A DNA stretch of 64,000 bases from Candidatus Magasanikiibacteriota bacterium (GCA_016182085.1 JACOYB010000004.1:275923-339922), one strand, 5' to 3'. Shown: positions 36,992-46,600, counted from the stretch's first letter. Made by a program: numbers and translations. Notes: a model not told the origin generated them from the sequence alone.

Positions 36992-37192
36992 ATGACAGGT
37001 ACAATTAAAACTTTAGTTGTAGACAAAAATTTTGGATTCATTACTCCAGACGATGGCTCAAAAGATATTTTCTTTCACGCCTCTGCCTTGAGTGGTCTCC
37101 AGTTTTCTGAACTACAAAAAGGTGATAAGGTTTCCTTTGATGTAGAACAATCTGACAAAGGACCTCGCGCTGCTAACGTAGTTCGCGCTTAA
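36992..37192 (+). CDS. cspA: cold-shock protein (CspA family)
   Basis: MTGTIKTLVVDKNFGFITPDDGSKDIFFHASAL… carries the RNP1/RNP2 motifs of cold-shock domains. Confidence 0.9.
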   Translation: MTGTIKTLVVDKNFGFITPDDGSKDIFFHASALSGLQFSELQKGDKVSFDVEQSDKGPRAANVVRA

Positions 37193-37211
37193 TCTAACCC
37201 ACTAAACAAAA

Positions 37212-37236
37212 AGCCGCCTCTAGGGCGGTTTTTTGT
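37212..37236. terminator. bidirectional intrinsic terminator between csp and znuB
   Basis: ccgcc-tctag-ggcgg hairpin flanked by an A-run and a T-run. Confidence 0.55.
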
Positions 37237-37261
37237 TTTTTTCCTTAACCTTATTTCACTT

Positions 37262-38062
37262 CTAAGTTTTTTTATTTATTATTAAACTTAAGACAAACAG
37301 CAGCAGCGCCGAGATAACAATTGCCGCGCCGCTGGGCAAATTCAGATAAAATGAGGCAAAAAGTCCGATAATCACCGAAAGTAAAGAAATACCAATACCG
37401 TAGAGAAAAGTTTTTAGGAAACTTTTGCTAAATTGCGTGGCTGTCAAAACCGGAATTACCATCAACGCTCCCACTAGTAACGCGCCCACGATGCGCATGC
37501 TGATAGATATGGTAATAGCCGCCAAGATCATAAGTGTTATGTTTAACAGTTTTATTGGCAGTCCGTTGGCTTGAGCCAGCTCTTCGTCATAGGCGGTAAT
37601 AAAAAATCGTTTAAATAAAAAGTAGATTATAAGCAGGATAAATAATCCAAATCCGGCCATCATTTTCAGGTCATTTTCTGAAACCGTGGCAATACTGCCA
37701 AAGAGATAACTAAAAATATTTACGTTTAAGCCTTTGCTGGCGCTAAAGATAATAAGGGATAGAGCTAAGCCGCCGGACAAAAACAGTGTTAATACGGATT
37801 CGCCGAATATTTTTTTGGCATGGCGTAATTTTTCCATGCCTAACGCCGCAATTATGGATACGGCAATGGCGGTTAAAACCGGATTTATTCCCGATAACAG
37901 ACCGAGCGCCACGCCCACAAGCGACACATGCGACAAGGTGTCCGTAAGCAATGAATAACGCTTTACCACCAAAAAAATACCAATAGACGGCGCCAAAACG
38001 GCAATAATAAGCCCGGCAATAAACGCGCGGATCATGAAATCGTATTGAAAAATTTCTAACAT
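37262..38062 (-). CDS. znuB: metal (Zn/Mn) ABC transporter permease
   Basis: 266 aa with 8 TM helices; the typical ZnuB/MntB family sequence. Confidence 0.8.
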   Translation of the reverse strand: MLEIFQYDFMIRAFIAGLIIAVLAPSIGIFLVVKRYSLLTDTLSHVSLVGVALGLLSGINPVLTAIAVSIIAALGMEKLRHAKKIFGESVLTLFLSGGLALSLIIFSASKGLNVNIFSYLFGSIATVSENDLKMMAGFGLFILLIIYFLFKRFFITAYDEELAQANGLPIKLLNITLMILAAITISISMRIVGALLVGALMVIPVLTATQFSKSFLKTFLYGIGISLLSVIIGLFASFYLNLPSGAAIVISALLLFVLSLIINKKT

Positions 38063-38063
38063 A

Positions 38064-38816
38064 TTATTTAGAGTGGTGAATATGCGTTATATTTTTTCCA
38101 TATAATTCTTCAATCGTATTTTCTTTATGGATGATATCCTTGGAGCCAAAACAGAACATACCGCGATTTAAGCATAGTACGGTTTTTATCTCTTCGGTGA
38201 TCGTATCTATGTCGTGTGATACAAACAGAATGGTTAGGTGTTCGCGGATGTTTAAATTTTTTAAGAAAGAATAGAAGTCTTTTTGCGAAATAATGTCTAC
38301 GCCTGTAAACGGCTCATCCAGGATTAAAATTTTTGGATCATTTACCAGAGCTCGCGTAACATATACGCGCTGTCTTTGGCCCCCGGAAAGGCTGCTCATC
38401 AGACGATCTTTCAAATTGATGATGTTAGCCATTTTCAAGGCCTGATTTATTTTTTCCTTATCTGCGCTGCTGATATTCCCAACCAGCCCTTTTTTGGTTA
38501 TTAGACCGCTTTCCACGATCTCGTATACGGTAGCTGGAAATTCCACGCTTTCTTGGGCTATGCGTTGCGGCACATACCCAATTTCCGATCGGTTTTTTAA
38601 TTTTTGAAAATCCGTGCCAAAGATTTTTATGGTCCCGGATTGCGGTTTAAGCAGGCCAACCAAAATTTTAAGCAAGGTGGTTTTGCCGCCGCCGTTGGGG
38701 CCGATAATTCCCACATAATCTCCTTTTTCCACGCTAAACGTAAGATTGTCCAGGACAGGCAGATTATTATATGAGAAATTCAAGTTTTGTACTTCAATAA
38801 TATGGTTTACGGACAT
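38064..38816 (-). CDS. znuC: metal ABC transporter ATP-binding protein
   Basis: GPNGGGKTT, LSGGQRQR and ILDEP motifs. Confidence 0.85.
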   Translation of the reverse strand: MSVNHIIEVQNLNFSYNNLPVLDNLTFSVEKGDYVGIIGPNGGGKTTLLKILVGLLKPQSGTIKIFGTDFQKLKNRSEIGYVPQRIAQESVEFPATVYEIVESGLITKKGLVGNISSADKEKINQALKMANIINLKDRLMSSLSGGQRQRVYVTRALVNDPKILILDEPFTGVDIISQKDFYSFLKNLNIREHLTILFVSHDIDTITEEIKTVLCLNRGMFCFGSKDIIHKENTIEELYGKNITHIHHSK

Positions 38817-39742
38817 ACGAGCGCGGTCTTTAAGTTTTGTAAGTTATCTTTCATAACCTGAATATAATTTTTACCGGCCCGCAGTTCTTCGTCTGTCAGT
38901 CCCTCTATAGGATTAAGCACAAGGGTTTGTGCGCCAATTTCATCTGCAATCGTGCGTGATAACTTTTGATCTATAATTGTTTCAAAGAAAATATATTTAA
39001 TATTTTTTTGTTTGGCCATGCTGGCGATCTCGGCTATTTTTTGCGGACTTGGCTCTTCGTCTGGAGATAGGCCCAAGATATAAAAGTTCGTTAAATTATA
39101 CCGCTTGGTCAAATAGCCAAACGCATTATGAGCGGTAATAATTTCTTTGGAGTCGCATGCTGCCAGGCCCGTTCGGTAATCAGTATCCAGTTGTTGTAGC
39201 TGCTTTTTAAATGCGGCCCTATTGTTATTATAATCCACAGCGCGGGCATTATCAATTTGTACCAGCGTCTCGGCAATAACATCGGTTTCTGTACTAACAT
39301 TTATCGGGTCTAGCCAAAAATGAGGGTCGTACAGCTTAGGTTCGGATTCCGCGTTGGTATCCTGTATCTTTTCCAGATGTTCGCTCATGTTTATAACTGT
39401 TATATTTTTTGCCTTAAGTTCCGGAATGATTTTTTCGGCCCAGGCATCTATATCTCCGCCGTTTAAAATAAATAATTTTGCCCGATAAATTTTAGCCAGG
39501 TCTTGCGGTGTTGGTTCAAAGTCATGAGGTTCAACGCCAGCCGGAGTGATATTAATAACTTCCATATGTTTGCGGCTTACATTTTGGGCTATATCAGCCA
39601 GTGGGTAGAAAGTTGTAACAATCGTCGGTTTGCCTGGCGTAGTTACTACCGGCGGGCGCAAGGCGCTCATGGTAAAGATAGCCGCCATAGTTCCAAGCAG
39701 CGCCAAGGTAAGTAATAAATATTTTGATTTCATAGGGAACAT
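38807..39742 (-). CDS. znuA: metal ABC transporter substrate-binding protein (ZnuA/TroA family)
   Basis: Signal peptide, then periplasmic-binding-protein cluster-9 blocks with a His-rich patch. The gene overlaps znuC by 10 nt. Confidence 0.8.
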   Translation of the reverse strand: MFPMKSKYLLLTLALLGTMAAIFTMSALRPPVVTTPGKPTIVTTFYPLADIAQNVSRKHMEVINITPAGVEPHDFEPTPQDLAKIYRAKLFILNGGDIDAWAEKIIPELKAKNITVINMSEHLEKIQDTNAESEPKLYDPHFWLDPINVSTETDVIAETLVQIDNARAVDYNNNRAAFKKQLQQLDTDYRTGLAACDSKEIITAHNAFGYLTKRYNLTNFYILGLSPDEEPSPQKIAEIASMAKQKNIKYIFFETIIDQKLSRTIADEIGAQTLVLNPIEGLTDEELRAGKNYIQVMKDNLQNLKTALVCP

Positions 39743-39806
39743 ATATGGGCTTTAGCTTATATAATGAATAATAATTTTACTTAGATACCCTAACACATAA
39801 TCTAAA

Positions 39807-39818
39807 TACTTGCAAGTA
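39807..39818. promoter_or_regulatory. perfect 12-bp palindrome TACTTGCAAGTA in the znuA-zur divergent intergenic region (candidate Zur/Fur-type operator)
   Basis: The palindrome lies 30 nt upstream of the zur ATG and next to a TATGCTAT -10-like box. Confidence 0.4.
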
Positions 39819-39847
39819 AGTTGCATTTGTGTTATGCTATCTTCCGT

Positions 39848-40282
39848 ATGAAATGGGACAAACATACCAAACAATCTATAGAAGTTTTGCAGGAAAATCA
39901 GCTTAAGGCCACTTCGGCACGGGTGGAACTGTTGGATATTTTCAAGCATACCCAAAAACCTCTTAGTGTGACGGATATTTTTAAGATGTTCCAAAAAATC
40001 GGAGTGGATAAAGTTACTTTATATAGAAATATGGATTCACTGGTGAATCTTGGAATTATCAGGCAGGTACGCCTTAAAGACAGACAGGCCTATTACGAAC
40101 TGGCCTCTCACGGGCATCATCATCATGTAGTTTGCAGCCAGTGCGGCAGGATCAAAGACATGTCCGGCTGCGGTATTAATTTTGTGAGTAAAAAATTTTT
40201 AAAACTATCCGGTTTTGCCAAGATAACCGAGCACTCGTTGGAATTTTTCGGCGTCTGCGCTTCCTGTATGAAAAAAAGATAG
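39848..40282 (+). CDS. zur: Fur-family transcriptional regulator (Zur-like)
   Basis: Start at ATG 39848. The DNA-binding helix, HGHHHH, and the CSQCG / CASC zinc sites are present. It is divergent from znuABC. Confidence 0.8.
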   Translation: MKWDKHTKQSIEVLQENQLKATSARVELLDIFKHTQKPLSVTDIFKMFQKIGVDKVTLYRNMDSLVNLGIIRQVRLKDRQAYYELASHGHHHHVVCSQCGRIKDMSGCGINFVSKKFLKLSGFAKITEHSLEFFGVCASCMKKR

Positions 40283-40327
40283 GGCTGAAAAAGAAAAGGT
40301 GTGGTACAATAGTTGTGCCAGCATAGT

Positions 40328-41473
40328 ATGAAATTTCCCGGAAAATTAATTCTTCCAAGTATATTTTTAGTGGTTATAGCCGCTCTTTTTGGTTTTGGCG
40401 GCAGCGTTGCTCAAGCTCAAACCACCCCAGATTTATCCGATAAGTATTATCGGGCCAAAGTAGTTAAAATTTTAGAAACCGGTGAAAAAGCAGTTGAAGA
40501 TAGCCAAACGCTCAAATATCAAAAATTGGAACTTCAAATATTAAATGGTGATGAAAAAGGCAAGCGGGTCATTATAGATCATGGCGCCACGTTTGTGGTG
40601 TCCGATAGTCAGATGGCGCAAGAAGGCGAGCAGGTGATAATTGCTAAAACTCCGGAATTACCCGGTGGCAAATCCGTATATTATATTACGGATAAATATA
40701 GACTCAATAATCTAATTGCCATCGTTCTTATATTTTTTGCGACCGCGATTTATTTTGCCCGCAAGCGCGGCGTTACTTCCATTATCGGCATGCTATTTAG
40801 CGTGTTCATAATTTTTTACTATATTATTCCATCAATTTCAAAAGGCGCAAATCCGTTTTGGGTTTGCCTTGGCGGGTCAGTAGTCATACTTCTTGTATCT
40901 TTATACTTTTCACACGGGTTTAATAAACGCACAAGTTTGGCGCTCGTAAGCAGTTTTATTTCGCTTGGTTTGGCTGCTATTATTAATATACTTTTTGTAA
41001 GTATTGCCAAGTTGTCCGGTAATGGCACGGAAGAAGTTTTTTATCTGCAATTTGCAAATTCCAGTATTGATATGCGCGGGCTGCTGCTGGGGGGAATTAT
41101 TATTGGGGTTTTAGGCGTATTAGATGATGTAACTACGGCGCAGACGGCCGTAGTGGAAGAAATTTCTTTGGCCAATAACAGCTTTGGGTTTCAAGAGCTT
41201 TATAAAAGGGGATTGTCTGTCGGCAGAGAACATATTTCTTCGCTTGTAAATACACTCGTGCTTGCGTATGCCGGTATATCATTGCCGCTGCTGCTTTTAT
41301 ACAGCAGTCAAAAATCACAGCCAATTTGGATGGCGGTAAATAGCGCTTTTATTGCCGAAGAAATTGTGCGAACACTGGTGGGCAGTACGGTTTTGGTGCT
41401 CGCCGTACCCATTACTACGATTTTAGCCGCTTGGGCATATTCACGAAAAAATTCTCTTTTATTAAATAGATAA
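40328..41473 (+). CDS. YibE/F-family membrane protein
   Basis: Signal/TM segment, an extracytoplasmic domain, six TM helices, and the GVLDDVTTAQ motif. Confidence 0.6.
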   Translation: MKFPGKLILPSIFLVVIAALFGFGGSVAQAQTTPDLSDKYYRAKVVKILETGEKAVEDSQTLKYQKLELQILNGDEKGKRVIIDHGATFVVSDSQMAQEGEQVIIAKTPELPGGKSVYYITDKYRLNNLIAIVLIFFATAIYFARKRGVTSIIGMLFSVFIIFYYIIPSISKGANPFWVCLGGSVVILLVSLYFSHGFNKRTSLALVSSFISLGLAAIINILFVSIAKLSGNGTEEVFYLQFANSSIDMRGLLLGGIIIGVLGVLDDVTTAQTAVVEEISLANNSFGFQELYKRGLSVGREHISSLVNTLVLAYAGISLPLLLLYSSQKSQPIWMAVNSAFIAEEIVRTLVGSTVLVLAVPITTILAAWAYSRKNSLLLNR

Positions 41474-41495
41474 CAAATATAGTATAATAAATTCC

Positions 41496-42173
41496 ATGCC
41501 AAACCATGTAAGCGAATCGGCGCTCACAGATACATTAACGCCTCTGGAAGAAGTGCGCGGACAAATTCCCGCTTTGAAAGCCGGTGATATTATTTTGATA
41601 CATATAAAACGTTCTCTGCTGCGAAGCTTAATTCGCCGCGTGACCAAAAGTTATTGGGATCATGTGACAGCTATAGTGTATCCTAAAGATAATGACAAAT
41701 TACAGCAGAGCATTATTATTGAAAATATCAATCCCGGGTTAAGCGTTGATTATTATTTTTTAAGATCAGCTCTTCGAGGCACGGAAATACACCACTTAAA
41801 TAAATATTTGAATAATCCAAAAAAATACGATATCGGAATTAAGCGTGTTTCTTGGCTGACCGATGCGCATCGTAAGCGCCTCTCTTCTTTTTTGGTTACA
41901 ACTATTGATACGCCGTATTGGCCGATGCCGTATTGGAAATTTTTTTTAGCCTCAATTTGGCCAAAATTTCGCCGTTGGTTTTTACATCAACAAAGATGGA
42001 GCTGTTCAACTTTAGTGCAAATGGCATATTACGAGTCCGCGGCCAATTGGGAGGAGCGTTTAAAATTAATTTTTAAAGAAGGGGATCTATCGCCGCTTGA
42101 AATGCAAAGTATCGTATCTCCGGCTGAAATAGCGAATTCTGATAAGTCCCAGTGGATTTTTAACGAACATTAA
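41496..42173 (+). CDS. permuted papain-like amidase (YaeF/YiiX-like, His-before-Cys), paralog 1
   Basis: …SYWDHVTAIVYP… (His) precedes …RWSCSTLVQMAY… (Cys). Confidence 0.5.
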   Translation: MPNHVSESALTDTLTPLEEVRGQIPALKAGDIILIHIKRSLLRSLIRRVTKSYWDHVTAIVYPKDNDKLQQSIIIENINPGLSVDYYFLRSALRGTEIHHLNKYLNNPKKYDIGIKRVSWLTDAHRKRLSSFLVTTIDTPYWPMPYWKFFLASIWPKFRRWFLHQQRWSCSTLVQMAYYESAANWEERLKLIFKEGDLSPLEMQSIVSPAEIANSDKSQWIFNEH

Positions 42174-42212
42174 ATTTATTATATTGGCTTCACCACGTAT
42201 ATTTTCATTTGT

Positions 42213-42848
42213 ATGGAGTTATCAGAAAAAATGCAACAATGGCATTCTGTGGAAAGCCAGTTAAAATTAGCTGATATTATTCTTGTGCACGGGGAAACTC
42301 CTATTCGCCGCGCAATTCAGAAACGAACAGGTAGTTACTGGAATCATGTGGCTTTGGTGCTGCAGCCACCCCAATTGTCTTTGGGTATGCGCGGAGCCTT
42401 TATCATTGGCGCTATCAACAAAGGCATTGAAGTGCATCGGCTCCGAAAATATTCCGAGGAAAGGGGTAAATTTGATATTGGCGTTAAACGCCTGCCTTGG
42501 CTAACGGATGAAATGCGAGAAAATATTCTTTTGTTTATGTTAAACAAGATTGATTCCCCGTATGATTATACGCGGCTATTTGGCTATATTTTTGAAGGCA
42601 TGTTAAAATTTATTCTGCCAAAAGAAGCGTTTAAAAAAGTGCGCCGATCCATTGTGGTTTCTGAGCCCAACTCATTTGTGTGCAGCACGTTTATTCAACA
42701 CGCTTTTCTTGAATCTGTGCCCCGCAAAATGCAGGCCAAGACATTTGCTCGCGACCACTTGCGTTCACTGCTTGAAATAGAAGAGATGACGCCGGCAGAT
42801 TTTGCTCATTCGCAAAATTATGAATGGATTTTTAACCCTCATGTATGA
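42213..42848 (+). CDS. permuted papain-like amidase (YaeF/YiiX-like), paralog 2
   Basis: …SYWNHVALVLQP… and …FVCSTFIQHAF…; roughly 35-40% identical to paralog 1 in the same motif order. Confidence 0.5.
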   Translation: MELSEKMQQWHSVESQLKLADIILVHGETPIRRAIQKRTGSYWNHVALVLQPPQLSLGMRGAFIIGAINKGIEVHRLRKYSEERGKFDIGVKRLPWLTDEMRENILLFMLNKIDSPYDYTRLFGYIFEGMLKFILPKEAFKKVRRSIVVSEPNSFVCSTFIQHAFLESVPRKMQAKTFARDHLRSLLEIEEMTPADFAHSQNYEWIFNPHV

Positions 42849-43276
42849 AAAAAATTTTTCTGTCCATACTTACAATCTCTGCCTTTGCATTTTATGTAGC
42901 GTATCAGCGTATGGGCTGGGGATCTTCCACGCTTCCGCAGCTGCCTGGTCAGAATCCGGCTTTCACTTTTCCCGCATTCAGTAATGTGTTTGGAAATTAT
43001 AAAGACGGCAGATACCAAGGAATAAGCGTGGATGCGTATTATGGCCGAGTAGAAGTTTTAGCCATCATAGAAGGCGGCAGGATTGTTGATATAGAATTTT
43101 TAGATTATCCGCACGAGCAGCCAACCTCCAAACAAATAAATGCCGAGGCCGTGCCAATGCTTGAGATCGAAGCAATTGTCGCGCAAAGCGCTGAGGTGGA
43201 TATTGTATCCGGAGCTACCCAAACAAGCAGGGCATTTAAAGAATCGCTCGCCTCGGCGCTGGCTAAAGCCAAATAG
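42845..43276 (+). CDS. membrane-anchored FMN-binding domain protein (NqrC/RnfG-like)
   Basis: N-terminal TM segment. DIVSGATQTS is the S/T-G-A-T flavinylation motif of FMN_bind domains. Confidence 0.7.
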   Translation: MKKIFLSILTISAFAFYVAYQRMGWGSSTLPQLPGQNPAFTFPAFSNVFGNYKDGRYQGISVDAYYGRVEVLAIIEGGRIVDIEFLDYPHEQPTSKQINAEAVPMLEIEAIVAQSAEVDIVSGATQTSRAFKESLASALAKAK

Positions 43277-43277
43277 C

Positions 43278-44021
43278 ATGCGGGATACGAGAATTTTAAT
43301 GGGCATGCCTATTACGGTTGAAATCGCCGATCCGGCTGGCGCTCAAGAATCAATCAATCAAGTGTTTAACTACTTTGATTATGTAGATAAAAAGTTCAGC
43401 ACATATAAAGATAATAGTGAAATAAGCAGAATAAATAGGTATGAAATTGATGAAGCGGATTATACTAGTGACATGAAAGAAGTGTTGCGACTGTCCGAAG
43501 ATACGAAAAATAAGACAAGTGGATATTTTAATATTAAAGATAGAAACGGCAACCTTGATCCGTCAGGGCTGGTAAAAGGATGGGCAATTCATAAGGCCGC
43601 GGAAATGCTTTTCAAAGCCGGGTATAAAAATTTTTACGTGGAGGCTGGCGGCGATATTCAGGCTTCCGGTAAAAATAATTCTGGCCAAGATTGGCGGGTG
43701 GGGATACGTAATCCGTTTAATCAAGAAGAAATTGTAAAAGTAGTTCAGATCAGCAATATGGGCGTGGCCACTTCCGGCAATTATATTCGCGGTCAGCACA
43801 TCTACAATCCGCATAATATGGCAAACAATATTACGGAAATTACAAGTTTAACCGTGATCGGCGCCAGTGTTTATGAAGCTGACCGATTTGCCACGGCTGC
43901 CTTTGCCATGGGGCAGCAGGGGATTAATTTTATTGAAAATACGCCAGGGCTAGAAGGGTATATGATAAATGTAAATGGCGTGGCAACCATGACCGGTGGT
44001 TTTAAAAAGTATGTTGTATAA
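43278..44021 (+). CDS. apbE: FAD:protein FMN transferase ApbE
   Basis: ATG confirmed at 43278. ApbE blocks …GYFNIKDRNG…DPSGLVKGWA…EAGGDI…GVATSGNY… are present. The track ORF at 43140 is an out-of-context 5' extension. Confidence 0.8.
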   Translation: MRDTRILMGMPITVEIADPAGAQESINQVFNYFDYVDKKFSTYKDNSEISRINRYEIDEADYTSDMKEVLRLSEDTKNKTSGYFNIKDRNGNLDPSGLVKGWAIHKAAEMLFKAGYKNFYVEAGGDIQASGKNNSGQDWRVGIRNPFNQEEIVKVVQISNMGVATSGNYIRGQHIYNPHNMANNITEITSLTVIGASVYEADRFATAAFAMGQQGINFIENTPGLEGYMINVNGVATMTGGFKKYVV

Positions 44022-44027
44022 AAAAGT

Positions 44028-45542
44028 ATGTTGAAATATATTGATGATTTGCTTAATCGCGTGACAATGTATCGGCTGGTGCTCTATTATGTAACCGGCC
44101 TGTGGTTGGCAGCGTTTATCTTAAGTTTTTTTAAATTACTTCCATATACCCCGCTTGAATTTTTTATTTCGGCGGCGCTTATCGTGGGGGTCTGTTTATC
44201 GGTAAACTCAATTTTCGCGCGCGTGTTTGGCGCGCCGACCAACCTTGAATCTGTCTATGCCACGGCGTTTATTTTGATCCTGATAGTTCCGCCCATGAGG
44301 TCTAGCGGCCTTTTGCCGTTTTTGGTCTGGGCTGCGCTTTGGGCCATGGCTTCAAAATATATTTTTGCTATTTTTAAAAAACATATTTTTAACCCAGCGG
44401 CGTTTGCCGTGGGATTAACCGCTCTTACGCTTAACCGCTCCGCCAACTGGTGGGTGAGCAGTGTGTATTTATTGCCGTTTGTGGTAATTGGCGGACTGCT
44501 CGTAGTACGAAAGATCCAACGATTTGATTTGGTGATTAGTTTTTTGGTGGTGGCCTTTTTTTCTATTTCCGGTTTTAGTTTTCTAAAAGGCGCCGATCCG
44601 CTGTCTGTGGTAGAAAAAATTATGCTTTATTCGCCGCTGTTATTTTTTGGTTTTGCCATGCTTACCGAACCGTCCGGCACGCCGCCTACCCGCAATTTAC
44701 GCATCATGTACGGAGCTTTGGTCGGTCTTTTATTTAATCCCAATGTCCATGTTGGATCTTTTTACTTTACGCCTGAATTCGCATTGCTTACCGGTAATAT
44801 TTTTTCCTATTTAGTCAGTCCTAAACAAAAATTAGTTTTGCGGTTAAGAGAAAAAATTTTTTCGGCCAAGGATGTGTATGATTTTTGGTTTGCGTCTGAT
44901 AAAAAAATGAATTTTAAAGCCGGACAGTATATGGAATGGACCTTAGGGCACGAGTCTCAAGACAGGCGCGGTATCAGGCGCTATCTAACGATTTGTTCGT
45001 CTCCAACGGAAAAGGATATTATGGTTGGCGTAAAGTTCCCTCCCAATTCCAGCAGTTTCAAGCAATCAATGATTTCTTTAAAGAAGGGAGACACGATCGT
45101 GGTTTCTCAACTGGCCGGAGAATTTGTCTTGCCTCGTGACGCAAGCAAAAAACTGGTTTTTATCGCCGGCGGGATTGGGGTGACGCCGTTTAGAAGCATG
45201 GTAAAATATTTGTTGGATAAAAAGGAGCGGCGAGATATAGTTTTACTCTACTGTAATCATACGCCGGATGATGTTGCTTATAAAGACATTTTTGACGAGG
45301 CCAAAGCAACATTAGGAATGAAAACCGTCTACACGATTACCGATGAGCCGTTTCCAAAAAATTGGAAAGGAGCCACCGGATTTGTGGATGAAGCAATGAT
45401 TAAAAAGGCCGTGCCGGATTATAAGGAAAGGATGTTTTATATTTCCGGTACGCATGCCATGGTGGCGGCGTTTGTAGAGATTTTACAGAAAATGGGAGTG
45501 CGAAAAAAACAGATCGTCCAGGATTTTTTTCCCGGCTTTTAA
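44028..45542 (+). CDS. fusion: N-terminal polytopic membrane domain plus C-terminal ferredoxin-NADP-reductase-type FAD/NAD(P)-binding domain
   Basis: Roughly 270 aa with at least 7 TM helices, including FNPAAF and FNPNVH. Then RRYLTICS (an RxY[ST]…S FAD motif) and FIAGGIGVTPF (NAD-binding). The gene is operonic with FMN_bind and apbE. Confidence 0.6.
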   Translation: MLKYIDDLLNRVTMYRLVLYYVTGLWLAAFILSFFKLLPYTPLEFFISAALIVGVCLSVNSIFARVFGAPTNLESVYATAFILILIVPPMRSSGLLPFLVWAALWAMASKYIFAIFKKHIFNPAAFAVGLTALTLNRSANWWVSSVYLLPFVVIGGLLVVRKIQRFDLVISFLVVAFFSISGFSFLKGADPLSVVEKIMLYSPLLFFGFAMLTEPSGTPPTRNLRIMYGALVGLLFNPNVHVGSFYFTPEFALLTGNIFSYLVSPKQKLVLRLREKIFSAKDVYDFWFASDKKMNFKAGQYMEWTLGHESQDRRGIRRYLTICSSPTEKDIMVGVKFPPNSSSFKQSMISLKKGDTIVVSQLAGEFVLPRDASKKLVFIAGGIGVTPFRSMVKYLLDKKERRDIVLLYCNHTPDDVAYKDIFDEAKATLGMKTVYTITDEPFPKNWKGATGFVDEAMIKKAVPDYKERMFYISGTHAMVAAFVEILQKMGVRKKQIVQDFFPGF

Positions 45543-45571
45543 TTTTCGTCTGCCGGCTGATAATTATATAT

Positions 45572-46063
45572 ATGCAATCTGATACTGAAGCAATAATTCT
45601 ACGGCCTTCTCTGCAAGATATTTTTTCTTTGCCGCCCCTATTTACCCAGGCGGTTCATACGGATTTTTCTTTTTATAATGAACCGGTAAAACAGCGCATC
45701 ATGAAAAAAAATTCCCTGCTGCGATTATTTTTTGCCCGCCTGAGAAAGAGAAGAGTGCTGCTCGTTGCAAAAATTAGCGACAAATGCGTGGGCGTGGTTA
45801 TCGGAAGCCATACGGCGAGTATCGGTAATATTCATTGGTTGTTTGTGCTGCCTGAGTATCGGGGAAATAAAATCGGTTCGGCGCTACTGGCGCGCGCCGA
45901 AGCGGCTTTGGAAAAATTTGGCTGCCACAAGGTGGCATTGACCACGGAAATCGCCCCGGAATTTTATAAAAAATTAGGATATACGGTTGAAGGATTTTTA
46001 AAAAAACATTGGTGGAAAAAAGACTTCACGATTTTGAGTAAGAGTTTTGAGAAAATTGGGTAA
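45572..46063 (+). CDS. GNAT-family N-acetyltransferase
   Basis: …LFVLPEYRGNKIGSALLARAEAALEKFGCHKVALTT… is the acetyl-CoA-binding motif A. Confidence 0.8.
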   Translation: MQSDTEAIILRPSLQDIFSLPPLFTQAVHTDFSFYNEPVKQRIMKKNSLLRLFFARLRKRRVLLVAKISDKCVGVVIGSHTASIGNIHWLFVLPEYRGNKIGSALLARAEAALEKFGCHKVALTTEIAPEFYKKLGYTVEGFLKKHWWKKDFTILSKSFEKIG

Positions 46064-46159
46064 AAAAATAGAGCCTATTTTAGACCCGGCTCACAACGAG
46101 GGTCCGCTGGGTGTGCTCTCCTAGACTTTGGCGAAAGTATTAGGAGTGTTGCGGTGGGG

Positions 46160-46438
46160 TTACCGCGGGCAGAAACAGCAAGTGCCTCGTCGGCAGTTGG
46201 TGCAGCCGTTGTGCGCCCGCATACGCCGATCGGCGCAATATGTGCATCCGTTTGTGCAGTAGCCGCAACCCCGCCCCTGCTTGTCGCTCACAGGTTGCTG
46301 AGCTAGCTGTTTGGGCAGGCCTTTGGCTGCGAAGTGGCGAAGCAGGAATATAGTGCAGACGAAGACGGTCACCCCCACAATCAGAAGCAGTACCAGAACC
46401 GGGGTTCCGAGGCCGCTAAACGGGTTGTCTGGACTCAT
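46160..46438 (-). CDS. small membrane-anchored Cys-rich protein, roughly 58% GC
   Basis: One TM helix (VLVLLLIVGVTVFVCTIFLL), then 13 Cys in the last 35 aa (CGYCTNGCTYCADRRMRAHNGCTNCRRGTCCFCP). Composition is atypical. Confidence 0.4.
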   Translation of the reverse strand: MSPDNPFSGLGTPVLVLLLIVGVTVFVCTIFLLRHFAAKGLPKQLAQQPVSDKQGRGCGYCTNGCTYCADRRMRAHNGCTNCRRGTCCFCPR

Positions 46439-46600
46439 CTTTTCTATACCTTTTTTGCTAGACCCCTATTGATTATAGGGGTATTTCTAGTGAAGAAAAC
46501 CAAGATAATCTATATCATTTTTAGCCATTTTTGTCAACCTTAAAGGTAGGGTAATTGCGAAATTTTGTTAGGTGTGCTACCATACTTTTTATATAAAAAT

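Noticed and set aside
43140-43277. 46-codon 5' extension of apbE, and similarly 61857-62006 for permease 2 and 25851-26051 for the GC-rich ORF
   Set aside because: Each extension overlaps the preceding gene or a promoter. In the last case it starts on the TTG of a -35 box. The internal ATG codons coincide with homology starts and good spacing to the upstream stop.
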